A stretch of 64,000 nt of DNA from a virus (lineage: Duplodnaviria; Caudoviricetes), in IMG/VR virus record IMGVR_UViG_3300014204_000129, positions 32,001-96,000 of that record; one strand, written 5' to 3'. The notes under the pieces are model-generated. The model was given only the letters and a program-made list of their open reading frames with translations. It was not told the DNA's origin and made no database searches. Within the stretch, counting starts at the first letter, position 1; every line of letters starts with the position of its first letter. Below are positions 1 to 9,337 of the stretch, piece by piece. The position numbers and the translations under genes were made by a program.

Positions 1-10
1 TACTGAGATT

Positions 11-247
11 GTGGCAGAGAAGCCTGATTGGGTGGGTGATATTGTGCTGGCTATTCAAGCTGGGATTAAGCTTCGTCTTGAGCAGGAAGCCACAGCACGT
101 GTCAGCGCAGAAGTGGGTCTTGTGAGGGCTTGGGAAGATCGTAAGGGGGAGTTTATGGAAAGAGAGGAAATTAAGAAACGAGTGCTACGATGTTGGACAA
201 TCTTTGGTAGCCCGTTTTGGGAGGAACTTAATGCTGAACAGACTTGA
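11..247 (+). CDS. hypothetical protein
   Basis: ORF in + strand gene run. Confidence 0.5.
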   Translation: MAEKPDWVGDIVLAIQAGIKLRLEQEATARVSAEVGLVRAWEDRKGEFMEREEIKKRVLRCWTIFGSPFWEELNAEQT

Positions 248-503
248 TATAAAAGAGTACCTAGAACATATGAAGTATAATGAAGTCGTACCGATAGAGG
301 AGATGGCCGCAGGGTTAGCAGACTTAGAACTAGATAGATTAGAGTTATCTTACGGTTACTACTATAATAGAAATCTATACATAAAACTTAGAAGTGATAC
401 TAAGCCTACTAAGCTTATTAAGCTTGGTAAGCTGCTTAACAGCGCTGATATTACTGTAGACGATCATGGTAGTTGTATACAGGTGTGGGCTAGTTGGTTA
501 TGA
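231..503 (+). CDS. hypothetical protein
   Basis: GGAGG upstream of ATG 231, in frame with track ORF 204..503. Confidence 0.6.
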   Translation: MLNRLDIKEYLEHMKYNEVVPIEEMAAGLADLELDRLELSYGYYYNRNLYIKLRSDTKPTKLIKLGKLLNSADITVDDHGSCIQVWASWL

Positions 504-847
504 GAGTATATAGAGTACCCAAAGACTCTGATGTAGGGAGAGTAATTGCGGCTCTTGAAGAGGTATGTAAAAAGCGTGGGCTGATACTCTCTCGTTGGGA
601 GACAGGCAGTAAGCGCTGTGGGTGGATTAGGACAATTACGTGGGCAGCACACCGTGGCCCACGTACAAGTAGGTTTTGTAATATGCCAGAAAGTGCTGTT
701 GATGATTATATGGTACTTACAAGTCCAGAAGGTAAGACTAAAAGATGTGCTGCCTATAAACTTCTTCTAAATATGCTATTCTGTATAGACCACGAAGATT
801 TTAAAGTGTTTGATAGGATTATAGGAGAATCTATTGAGAGCAAGTGA
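494..847 (+). CDS. hypothetical protein
   Basis: ORF overlapping both neighbours. Confidence 0.6.
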   Translation: MVMRVYRVPKDSDVGRVIAALEEVCKKRGLILSRWETGSKRCGWIRTITWAAHRGPRTSRFCNMPESAVDDYMVLTSPEGKTKRCAAYKLLLNMLFCIDHEDFKVFDRIIGESIESK

Positions 848-2000
848 GATAGCAAAGATCATCAAGATGAACTATCCTAATGGCACACCGCTATGTATTC
901 TTGGTCCATCTGGTGTTGGGAAAAGTCAAATAGTTGCCCAGGTTGGAAACAGCCTGGGCATGGGTATTTGGGGTAAGGAAGATACATCCAAGGGTGCAAT
1001 CTATACATTTAATCTTCTGATCCAAGATATTGTTGCAATGCATGGGCTTCCCTATCCTGCCCCTGATTCTTTCGTGGATTGGATACCCCCACGTGAACTC
1101 CCCCTAATTGGTAATAATACCTTTCCAGACTCCGGCTTTATCATCTTCGATGAGTTCAATACTGCTAGTCGTGCTAAGCAAACTCTCCTATATGATATTT
1201 GCCTAAATCGAAAGATTGGCAACAATAGACTCAAGGAAGGCTGGTACCCAATTCTTATTGGTAATCGCGCAGAGGACCGTGGAGAGATTCATGATATCCC
1301 TGGGCCACTTATGAATAGAGTCTGTATTATATATATGGATGTTAATGTTAAGGAGTGGATTAGCTGGGCTAGTTGGAAAGAAGTGGATCCCAGAATTATA
1401 GGCTATATTGCACAGAGTGTATCAGGGAATTTGGACATGAGTAGCAGCTTGTATGATAACCCAAGTGGAAGAGTTAACCTAGATACAGGGGCCTCTCGGC
1501 CACTACGCATTGGCGATCTGTGGTATTATGATGAGACCCGAATGATAGAGAACTGGCCAACTCCGCGGGCATGGGGAGAGAATGTTGACTTTGCACTAAA
1601 ACATGGTATACTAGAACAGTCAGAAGCTGTGAGAAGAGAAGTGCTAGGGGGAATGATAGGTAAGACCTGCGCACAGTCATTCCTAACATACTGCCTGCTA
1701 TATAATGAGCTTCCCCAACCACATGATATCCTTACCGGCAAGAAGACTTTCCCAGCTATTACCAATGCCGGGCTGTGCTTTGCAGCAGCTACTTCTATTG
1801 TAGAGCATGTTAAGAATAGAAGCGAGGCCGGTAAACCGATGCTCAAGGAACTACTAGAGTTACTTAACAGTGGCACAGTTACTGCTGACTTTATTATGCT
1901 TATGATAACAATGTTGACTGGCTATGGTATGTTTGATGAGATGAAGAATATGGGTAAGCCTTTTATGCTATTGGCACAAAAGTTGAATCTGGAGCTGTAG
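834..2000 (+). CDS. MoxR/AAA_5-type AAA+ ATPase
   Basis: Walker A GPSGVGKS, Walker B IIFDEFN, sensor GNR, PLMNR, PTPRAW. Confidence 0.88.
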   Translation: MRASEIAKIIKMNYPNGTPLCILGPSGVGKSQIVAQVGNSLGMGIWGKEDTSKGAIYTFNLLIQDIVAMHGLPYPAPDSFVDWIPPRELPLIGNNTFPDSGFIIFDEFNTASRAKQTLLYDICLNRKIGNNRLKEGWYPILIGNRAEDRGEIHDIPGPLMNRVCIIYMDVNVKEWISWASWKEVDPRIIGYIAQSVSGNLDMSSSLYDNPSGRVNLDTGASRPLRIGDLWYYDETRMIENWPTPRAWGENVDFALKHGILEQSEAVRREVLGGMIGKTCAQSFLTYCLLYNELPQPHDILTGKKTFPAITNAGLCFAAATSIVEHVKNRSEAGKPMLKELLELLNSGTVTADFIMLMITMLTGYGMFDEMKNMGKPFMLLAQKLNLEL

Positions 2001-2001
2001 A

Positions 2002-3126
2002 TTGGATATATTCAGAGAGGCTATAGCAGCACGTGCACGACTTATGATAAACCACCCCTTTCTTGGGATAGTTGCTACTAATCTACGGGTGATTGTTGCC
2101 CAGGCCAACCCTGGGATACTCGCTAGTGTAGATGCTCAGGGTCGGCTGTATGTCGGCCCTGAGTTCCTAGAAGGAACAGAGACAGGTAACAGGTCCCTTA
2201 CAAAGAAACTACGAGAGACAATAATTGCACATGAAACTTTGCATATAATACTTGAACATATACTTCGTGGTAAGAATTATGAAGATGATCTATGGGGGCT
2301 TGCCATTGACTATATTGTTAATGATATATTAATAGAAAGTAGATTCCCTAAGATAGAAGGAATGTACTATGATACTAATATATCAAGAGATAGTAATGGT
2401 AAGATGTTGAGCGCAGAACAGGTGCATATAAAGCTACTCTCGATGGAGAAGGTAGAGTATAAGAAGTTAGATGAACACTTGTATAGTAATGACTCAGCAG
2501 AGCCTGGTTTGACCAAGGAAGAGATTCTTAGCATAGTTAGTGTAGCTTCCACAGTAGCAGGGAGTCTTCCAGGATCCCTGAAAGAGGTTGTGGGGGAGTT
2601 GCTATCACCAAAGGTAGACTGGCGGAGGCTACTACAGCAGTTTATAGTAAACACCGAGGAAGAAGACATTAATTGGAGAAATAGGAACATAACTTTGAAT
2701 CACATCGGGTACTTCCCCTCCTATGAAGATATGTCTATGGAAGACATTGTATTTGCTATAGACACCAGTGGTTCAATAAGTAGTGAACAGCTTCGACAGG
2801 CAGTTAGTGAGATATACACGGTCCTATCAAGATTCGATATACAGAGCATTTATATCATTCAGCATGATTATGTTGTACAGAGTTGTCAAAAGTATACCCC
2901 ACGCGATCTGCCTGAAGTACGTAATCTTACCATATCAGGCCGTGGTGGCACCAACTTCATACCTGTATTTGATTACATAAGAGACTACCACATACATCCT
3001 AGAGTCCTTATTATGCTTACAGATAGCTATGGAGCAATGCCTGATATAGCACCTAGCTACCCAGTAGTCTGGATAATGAATAATGAGTTTGGGTGGGCAC
3101 CATTTGGTAAAATAATATGTCTGTAA
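2002..3126 (+). CDS. DUF2201-like metallopeptidase + vWA domain protein
   Basis: HExxH (AHETLH), MIDAS DTSGS, GRGGTNF, LTD; adjacent to the AAA+ gene. Confidence 0.88.
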   Translation: MDIFREAIAARARLMINHPFLGIVATNLRVIVAQANPGILASVDAQGRLYVGPEFLEGTETGNRSLTKKLRETIIAHETLHIILEHILRGKNYEDDLWGLAIDYIVNDILIESRFPKIEGMYYDTNISRDSNGKMLSAEQVHIKLLSMEKVEYKKLDEHLYSNDSAEPGLTKEEILSIVSVASTVAGSLPGSLKEVVGELLSPKVDWRRLLQQFIVNTEEEDINWRNRNITLNHIGYFPSYEDMSMEDIVFAIDTSGSISSEQLRQAVSEIYTVLSRFDIQSIYIIQHDYVVQSCQKYTPRDLPEVRNLTISGRGGTNFIPVFDYIRDYHIHPRVLIMLTDSYGAMPDIAPSYPVVWIMNNEFGWAPFGKIICL

Positions 3127-3356
3127 TGAGCATTATTATACCTAAAAATAAATATGGTAGGGAGGCTGCCAGATATCTCAAGGAGGAGTTACACATGGTA
3201 AAGACTCTCCAAGAGTGTTATGGTAAAACTGTAGGTGAGCTAACCTTTCTATATGGTCTACGTCCCTGGGAGGAAACATATTTATATAGTATATTAGTAC
3301 ATAATCGTTTTCATGCTATAAGAGCTCCCTCGCGCCATCCTGTATCCTCTGAATAA
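3117..3356 (+). CDS. hypothetical protein
   Basis: ORF coupled to the vWA gene. Confidence 0.5.
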   Translation: MSVMSIIIPKNKYGREAARYLKEELHMVKTLQECYGKTVGELTFLYGLRPWEETYLYSILVHNRFHAIRAPSRHPVSSE

Positions 3357-3858
3357 CTTCTAGGCGGATACGAGGATCCTTTATATATTCTGTAAGAACG
3401 CCTGTAAATAGGCTTGTGTAGGCACTGAGAACAGCCTTTGGTACAAGATTCATAAGTTGCTTCTCCATATCTACCGCAGTTGCTATGGTAGAGGTTAGCT
3501 GTTTAATGGTAGCAAGTAGTGTCTTAGCTGAGTCTGCATCTACACTTCCTTCATCATCGTTAAGTTGCTCTACCATACGTACCTGAATACCCTTTAATAA
3601 GGCAATAGTATCCCGCAATGAGTATATCTCTTCGGGATTATCCATAAATATTTCAACTAGCTGTTGAGTAGCGGGGTCTGCGGCGTTAATAAGAGCAGAG
3701 CGTGTTGTTGATTTATTTATAACTACAGGAAGGTTATCAGTGGATTCATGTTCAAGGCACCTGCCTACACCTTCATGAGTTGTACCATCACCGGAAGGTT
3801 TCTTACAAACCTTACCTGTGCTGTTATTTACATAGCCACAAATATTTGCTAGTGGCAT
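3316..3858 (-). CDS. putative terminase small subunit-like protein (HGGxSTG-like Zn motif + helical C-terminus)
   Basis: ICG..TGKVCKKPSG.GT.H.G.GRCLEH; start taken at ATG 3858. Confidence 0.55.
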   Translation of the reverse strand: MPLANICGYVNNSTGKVCKKPSGDGTTHEGVGRCLEHESTDNLPVVINKSTTRSALINAADPATQQLVEIFMDNPEEIYSLRDTIALLKGIQVRMVEQLNDDEGSVDADSAKTLLATIKQLTSTIATAVDMEKQLMNLVPKAVLSAYTSLFTGVLTEYIKDPRIRLEVIQRIQDGARELL

Positions 3859-3875
3859 TACAAAGGAGGAATTAT

Positions 3876-4058
3876 TTGGCATCATTTACTATACCTAATG
3901 ATTGTTATAGACAGTTAGAAACCATCTCCTTATATTATAACACAACTATGCAAGAATTGCTAGTGCAGTATACGAAGTGGTTAGCAGATGGTAATATACC
4001 ACACGGCTATGAGAGGCTTCCTGCTGAAGTGCTGGCTAAGATATGTATGAAGAGTTAG
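3876..4058 (+). CDS. small ribbon-helix-helix-like DNA-binding protein
   Basis: AGGAGG then TTG at 3876; similar to 57352..57630. Confidence 0.55.
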   Translation: MASFTIPNDCYRQLETISLYYNTTMQELLVQYTKWLADGNIPHGYERLPAEVLAKICMKS

Positions 4059-4606
4059 AAAGGCTGCTTGGTAAGATAGTAGCAGTTAGCATTAGCTCTA
4101 ATAAGATGGTCACTATTCTAGAAGGCACGGATAGGGTTGCAGTAATACGGCAAAGACATCGCTATACAATCAATGTACTTAATGATATAGGATCATTATT
4201 ATATAAACTTAAGAAAAGAGTAGAAGTAGAGAATTGTGCCATATCGGGTGTTGTTGAGTTTCCTGGTATTACGGTTCCTGATAGTCGGTATATGCAACTC
4301 ACAGACAACGCTAAGCTTACTGTTCCTTGTATTACTATTGGGCCATCTATGTGCCTATACAGTATGCTATATAATCTAAAAGTTGGGTGGTGGGTATCAG
4401 AGGAGTTATTGGAAGGGCCTTGTATGCCTAGTTATGCACCTGTAATAGATAGTGATTATCAATCTAAAGGCTTTGGTATTGGAATGTTATTAACTACTTC
4501 AACATTAGCAGTGCCAGATATACCTTACATTCCTACGCCTTTTATAGTGTCTCCAATAGGAACAACAGTAGATTATAAAGCTATATGGAGTATGATGAAT
4601 GGATGA
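4043..4606 (+). CDS. hypothetical protein
   Basis: 187 aa ORF in operon. Confidence 0.6.
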   Translation: MYEELERLLGKIVAVSISSNKMVTILEGTDRVAVIRQRHRYTINVLNDIGSLLYKLKKRVEVENCAISGVVEFPGITVPDSRYMQLTDNAKLTVPCITIGPSMCLYSMLYNLKVGWWVSEELLEGPCMPSYAPVIDSDYQSKGFGIGMLLTTSTLAVPDIPYIPTPFIVSPIGTTVDYKAIWSMMNG

Positions 4607-6077
4607 GAGTAAACTTGGGCTACCGTTTAAACTCTGGCCCACACAATTAGACGCTATAGATAAAGTAATAAAGGGCTTTGAAAGTGGAACTAAAGTAGCG
4701 TTGCTACAAGGTCCTACAGGCTCTGGCAAGTCTGCTATAGCTACGGCTGTAGCACGGTATAGGCAGTCATTGAAAACTGTGGTACTGACTAGAACTAAGG
4801 ATTTGCAGCGCCAATATGCAGATCAGTTGGGATACTTTAGTGCTGAGGGCAAGGCAAGCTTTGATTGCCCAGCCTTACCGCCACTAACTGCTGACCTAGT
4901 AGAATGTCAACTGGTCACCTGTAATAAAACTGAGTGTCAGTATTTTATTAACAAGGGCTGGTCAAAGATTGTTAGAGAGTTAGCCACTAACTATTATTGG
5001 TTCCTCGCTAATGATTGGCTAGAGAATGTAGAAGTGCTTATTCTTGATGAGGCACATCTGGCTAATCCAACAGTTATAGATTACATGGGAATAAGGTTGA
5101 CAAGATGGGAACTTGCCCAAGCAAAAGTTTCTATTAATGACTCCCTTGGGGTCATCTTCACTAAAGGGCCAATGAATATTGCTAATGATTTAGCGCGAAT
5201 ACAGAGAGTAAATGAACCAGCACTTATGGAACACTTATCTAAACTGCTTCAGATTAGAAAGAAGATGATTACTGGAAAGATGGTATATGATACTAGTGCT
5301 TATTACGAATATAGAAATAATGATGTACTGGTAGTACAGCCTGAGGATGATAGCGGTATACTTGAGAAGGCTTTATTTGATAGGTGTGCTGGGAAGGTAC
5401 TACTTATGTCAGCCACTATTCTTGATCCTAAAGTATTTATGGAAGAGAAAGGTTTGGGGCATATACCGTACCAGTATGTTGAACTGGAAACTAATATAGA
5501 TGCTAATAGGCGACCAATATTCTACCAACCTGCCGCTTGGATTAGTGCTAAGAGTAACGATAGAGATTATATAAAGTTAGTAGAGAAAATAGAGATAATT
5601 CTTGATGCACATCAGGGGCAGCGGGGGTTGATTCACACCGCGAACTTTCGCCTCGCTAAGAAGATACGGGATTTGACTAGCGCCCGGAATCGTGCTAGAC
5701 TGCTAGTGCAAGAGGGCAGCGCGGGCCGTGGGCGCCTGTTCCGTGCCTTCCTAACAGGTAGTGCACCTGACGCTGTGCTGGTGAGCCCTAGCGCGACCAC
5801 TGGCCTCGATCTTGCTGAGGATCGTGGCAGGTTTATAATCTTTGCTAAGGTTCCATTTCCTGATAGAGGAGATAGCCGTGTAAAGAGAAAAGAGGAAACT
5901 GTTGGTAATTATTATGCCTGGGCAACTGTTCAGGAACTTGTTCAGGGCAGCGGTCGCTGCACACGTTCTAGTAATGATTTTAGTATTGTGTATATCATTG
6001 ATGAGACATTTGGGTGGTTCTATAAAGGTAATAGCAGGTTGTTTCCTGATTGGTGGAAGAAGAGTTTAGTATTATAG
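4599..6077 (+). CDS. DinG/XPD-like SF2 helicase
   Basis: Q motif, GPTGSGKS, DEAH, SAT, KVPFP, QGSGRCTRS. Confidence 0.9.
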   Translation: MDESKLGLPFKLWPTQLDAIDKVIKGFESGTKVALLQGPTGSGKSAIATAVARYRQSLKTVVLTRTKDLQRQYADQLGYFSAEGKASFDCPALPPLTADLVECQLVTCNKTECQYFINKGWSKIVRELATNYYWFLANDWLENVEVLILDEAHLANPTVIDYMGIRLTRWELAQAKVSINDSLGVIFTKGPMNIANDLARIQRVNEPALMEHLSKLLQIRKKMITGKMVYDTSAYYEYRNNDVLVVQPEDDSGILEKALFDRCAGKVLLMSATILDPKVFMEEKGLGHIPYQYVELETNIDANRRPIFYQPAAWISAKSNDRDYIKLVEKIEIILDAHQGQRGLIHTANFRLAKKIRDLTSARNRARLLVQEGSAGRGRLFRAFLTGSAPDAVLVSPSATTGLDLAEDRGRFIIFAKVPFPDRGDSRVKRKEETVGNYYAWATVQELVQGSGRCTRSSNDFSIVYIIDETFGWFYKGNSRLFPDWWKKSLVL

Positions 6078-6089
6078 GAGAAATATGGT

Positions 6090-6566
6090 ATGGGTACGAG
6101 GGCTGATTATTTTATTGGGGAAGGTGAGTCTGCGGAATGGCTTGGCAGCACTGCTTGGGATGGATACCCAGAAGGTGTAGCAGAGTCTATATTGAAGGCC
6201 ACTACTGAGGAGGAGTTTAGGGCAGCAGTGAGTGCTGAGCTTACATCTCGTGATGATGGCACAGTTCCTGAGAATGGCTGGCCATGGCCATGGGATGACT
6301 CACGGACAACTGATTATGCATATATGTTTGTGGACGGAAAGGTCTGGGCTAGCTACTTTGGTAGACCTTTGTTTGATCCACTACCTGATGTTTTGCCTAC
6401 TCTTAAAGACCCAAATTCTTCTATGGAAGAAACCATGCGCACAGCATACACAGAACAATGGTGGGGAGCATATGATCACCTGCCTAAAATATCCTTCCCA
6501 GATATGAAGGATAAGAAGAACATTGCTCTTGATGGAAGATCTGGGCTCATTATTCTTTCAGCATGA
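6090..6566 (+). CDS. hypothetical protein (paralog A)
   Basis: AGGAG RBS; GWPWPW motif shared with the next gene. Confidence 0.8.
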   Translation: MGTRADYFIGEGESAEWLGSTAWDGYPEGVAESILKATTEEEFRAAVSAELTSRDDGTVPENGWPWPWDDSRTTDYAYMFVDGKVWASYFGRPLFDPLPDVLPTLKDPNSSMEETMRTAYTEQWWGAYDHLPKISFPDMKDKKNIALDGRSGLIILSA

Positions 6567-6943
6567 ACTCTGACTTTTATGTGGGTATAGGTGAGCATGC
6601 AGAGTGGTTGGGGAGCCTGGTAGATCGTGGCACTCCATGGATACTCGGTGAGGATATATTAGTCTTTACTAAGGAAAAGGAGTATAGAGATGCGGTAAAG
6701 AGAATAGTAGATATTCGACCAGAGGATGGGTGGCCCTGGCCTTGGACAGATAGTTATCTAACAGAATATACATATACATTTATTGGTAACAAGGTACTAG
6801 TTAGTTATTTTGGTGGAGATCTTTATGATCCACTAGGGCCTGAGCCGGAGTATGTATATGCTGACATAGAAGAAGATTGGGCAAAGAACCCTGATGTGCA
6901 TAAGTTTCCTAAATACGGTGGAGTACAGTGTGGAAACGTATAA
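6563..6943 (+). CDS. hypothetical protein (paralog B)
   Basis: ATGA overlap; GWPWPW motif. Confidence 0.8.
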   Translation: MNSDFYVGIGEHAEWLGSLVDRGTPWILGEDILVFTKEKEYRDAVKRIVDIRPEDGWPWPWTDSYLTEYTYTFIGNKVLVSYFGGDLYDPLGPEPEYVYADIEEDWAKNPDVHKFPKYGGVQCGNV

Positions 6944-7137
6944 TTAGTACAATAGAATATATATCATGGTGTACAGTTTGTGTACTTAATATTCGCTGTA
7001 AATGTTTTGAGCCAACGTTTATATCCTGTGATAACGAGATTGATATATATAAATGTATCCATTGCTCTGCTTACTACTTTATACCTTGTTTTAAGAAGTA
7101 TGAAGTTAATCTAACTCAACTAAGGAGAATTAAATGA
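6928..7137 (+). CDS. Cys-rich hypothetical protein
   Basis: CxxC pairs; coupled ORF. Confidence 0.5.
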   Translation: MWKRIISTIEYISWCTVCVLNIRCKCFEPTFISCDNEIDIYKCIHCSAYYFIPCFKKYEVNLTQLRRIK

Positions 7138-7658
7138 ACGAAGCAGAAATGATTGGAAGAGCGTTTCTGTTGGCTAGTAGGGTACACGCTACTGAGGCAG
7201 ACCCTATCTATGCCCGGCCCTATATGGAGCATATCGTTAGAGTTGCTGCTGTGTTTACTGGTAAGTCCAAGGCAGCCGCGCTGCTGCATGACATCTTTGG
7301 TGGAGAGAGTCAGAGCCCCTCTAAGGTAACTGAGGTTACTTCTGACGTTGTAAGACGTGATGGCTTGGAAGAGCTTCTTCCTATTCTTCGTATCCTTACT
7401 AGACAGAAGGGGGAGACCTGGGCTGATTATATTGATAGGGTGGCTAAGGATGAGACGGCTGCTGCTATCATCTTTGCAGACCTGGCTGATCATATTGCTA
7501 CTGACCGAGAGAACAGAGTTAATAAGTCACTGAAGGAGCGATATTCAAAGGCATTTGTTAAGCTTGGTACGATTCTTTCTGGGAGTGAGGCTGGTATGAG
7601 AGCCATTACTAACATTGTAGAGTACTATACTGGACTCTTGGTTGGTTTTCAACTATGA
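7134..7658 (+). CDS. RelA/SpoT-hydrolase-like (Mesh1/SAH) HD domain protein, degenerate
   Basis: PYMEH..RVA, AALLHD, LT, AD motifs; RBS AAGGAG. Confidence 0.75.
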   Translation: MNEAEMIGRAFLLASRVHATEADPIYARPYMEHIVRVAAVFTGKSKAAALLHDIFGGESQSPSKVTEVTSDVVRRDGLEELLPILRILTRQKGETWADYIDRVAKDETAAAIIFADLADHIATDRENRVNKSLKERYSKAFVKLGTILSGSEAGMRAITNIVEYYTGLLVGFQL

Positions 7659-8245
7659 GCCACTTTGCTATCGCAGTTATAGGTGATGTTGATACACTGC
7701 TTGCTCCTTATGATGAGAATATACGGGTGGCTCCTAGAACAGATCTCACTGCTGAGCAGGTACTAGAAGAATTCAAGGCGAATAATAAAGGTAAGTTCAA
7801 GGATGTTAGAGAGTTTGCTGCGTGGTATTATGGGAGAGAATTGGAGCCTGATGGTAGACTAACTACTACCTATAACCCAGACTCTAAGTGGGATTGGTAT
7901 GAAGAAGGTGGTAGGTGGTGGGGGCTCTTTGGCGGGCAGAATAGTTGTACTGTTGAAGAATTTCTCCAGCACTTGGATGAGTGGAAGACTTGGGCACTAG
8001 TGCTGCCTACTGGCACTTGGTATGAAAAAGGAGAGATGGGATGGTTTGGCCTTTGGAACTACAGAGACGCACCAAAGCCTGAAGAATTTATAGGTGAGGA
8101 TGGCCAGCGTGACACCCGTGCTTGGAGAAAGGCTTGGGATACCTTTGAGGAAGAAAGGGATATTGCTTGGCATAAGGAGATTGTAGAATTGCTTAAGTAT
8201 ATTGATCGTAATGCTACTATTACTATTGTGGACTGCCACATATGA
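7655..8245 (+). CDS. conserved phage hypothetical protein
   Basis: MSHF..V, LAPYDEN, YNPDSKWDWY..GGRW, VDCH: a recurrent phage family. Confidence 0.8.
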   Translation: MSHFAIAVIGDVDTLLAPYDENIRVAPRTDLTAEQVLEEFKANNKGKFKDVREFAAWYYGRELEPDGRLTTTYNPDSKWDWYEEGGRWWGLFGGQNSCTVEEFLQHLDEWKTWALVLPTGTWYEKGEMGWFGLWNYRDAPKPEEFIGEDGQRDTRAWRKAWDTFEEERDIAWHKEIVELLKYIDRNATITIVDCHI

Positions 8246-8427
8246 GCACTATAGTTATTCTTCTAGTGGGTTCTATTCTTAGAGTTCTGGCAATGGGTTT
8301 GCTTATAATGTGGGGAAGTAACATCCTTGGTGCTTCCTTCGATTGGTGGAGCTGTATTGCGTTGGGGTTCATTCTAGATACTATTATCTATCTAGAGAAG
8401 GATAAGAAGAATATTCCGTGGAATTAA
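8242..8427 (+). CDS. small membrane protein
   Basis: two hydrophobic segments. Confidence 0.6.
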   Translation: MSTIVILLVGSILRVLAMGLLIMWGSNILGASFDWWSCIALGFILDTIIYLEKDKKNIPWN

Positions 8428-9323
8428 TAATGGTCTGCTATGCAGGCAGCCATCTCTATGGACTGAATACCCCTGAGTCCGATATTGATATCAGGGGTGT
8501 GTGCTATAGTCCAGCCTCCGCACTACTTGGACTGACAGGTTTTGAACAATGGCACCCAGGGAGTATAGAGGCTATAGCATGGTCTAAGACACAGCTTGGT
8601 GTAGAATCCAGTGATATACAGATATTCGCACTAAACAAGTTCTTTAGCCTATGCTTACAGGCAAACCCTAATATCCTTGAAATGCTATTTGTACCGGATA
8701 GTCTGCTGCTATGTGGGAGTATAGAATGGAATAGCATTGTTGACCGACGAGATATGTTTTTGTCAACAAAGGCCATTCATACTTTTGCTGGTTATGCATA
8801 CTCACAACTAATCCGTATTCGTAACCATAAGCGGTGGCTAGATAAGCCACCCATCAAACCTGATCCCGCAGCTTTTGGGCTAACCACCGAAGATAATGGG
8901 GCACAGGTTTGGAGTAGTGTGAACCTTAAGAATAAGTATGAGAATCTGCTTGCTGACTGGCAAGCATATAGTGAGTGGAGAAGTAATAGAAATCCAGCAA
9001 GAGCTGCTTTAGAGGAAAAGTTTGGTATTGACACGAAGTTTGCTGGACATGTTGTAAGACTTGTGCGAGAGGGGGAAGAGTTACTAACCACTGGTTATAT
9101 TACCCTACCCCTACCACCAATAGTTAGAGAAGAGATTAATGCCGTAAAGAACGGTGAAGTTCCTTATGAGGATATAGTAAAGTTGGCAGAGGGTATAAAG
9201 GATAAGTTACTTGCAATAAGTAGCTCACTACCTCGTACACCAAACTTTACCAAGGCAGAGCAAATGCTTATAGACCTACAAGGAGCACATTTGACAAACA
9301 AGAAGAACTGTGGTACAGTGTAA
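8418..9323 (+). CDS. DNA pol-beta-superfamily nucleotidyltransferase (RlaP/YcgL-like)
   Basis: GSHLYGLNTPESDIDIRGV, NPNILEML, F.GYA..Q, DTK...H..RL. Confidence 0.88.
   Translation: MELIMVCYAGSHLYGLNTPESDIDIRGVCYSPASALLGLTGFEQWHPGSIEAIAWSKTQLGVESSDIQIFALNKFFSLCLQANPNILEMLFVPDSLLLCGSIEWNSIVDRRDMFLSTKAIHTFAGYAYSQLIRIRNHKRWLDKPPIKPDPAAFGLTTEDNGAQVWSSVNLKNKYENLLADWQAYSEWRSNRNPARAALEEKFGIDTKFAGHVVRLVREGEELLTTGYITLPLPPIVREEINAVKNGEVPYEDIVKLAEGIKDKLLAISSSLPRTPNFTKAEQMLIDLQGAHLTNKKNCGTV
9291..9319 (+). promoter_or_regulatory. sigma70-type promoter for the recombination module
   Basis: TTGACA-17 nt-TACAGT with TG extension; AAGGAG downstream. Confidence 0.65.
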
Positions 9324-9337
9324 AAAAGGAGTAACAA

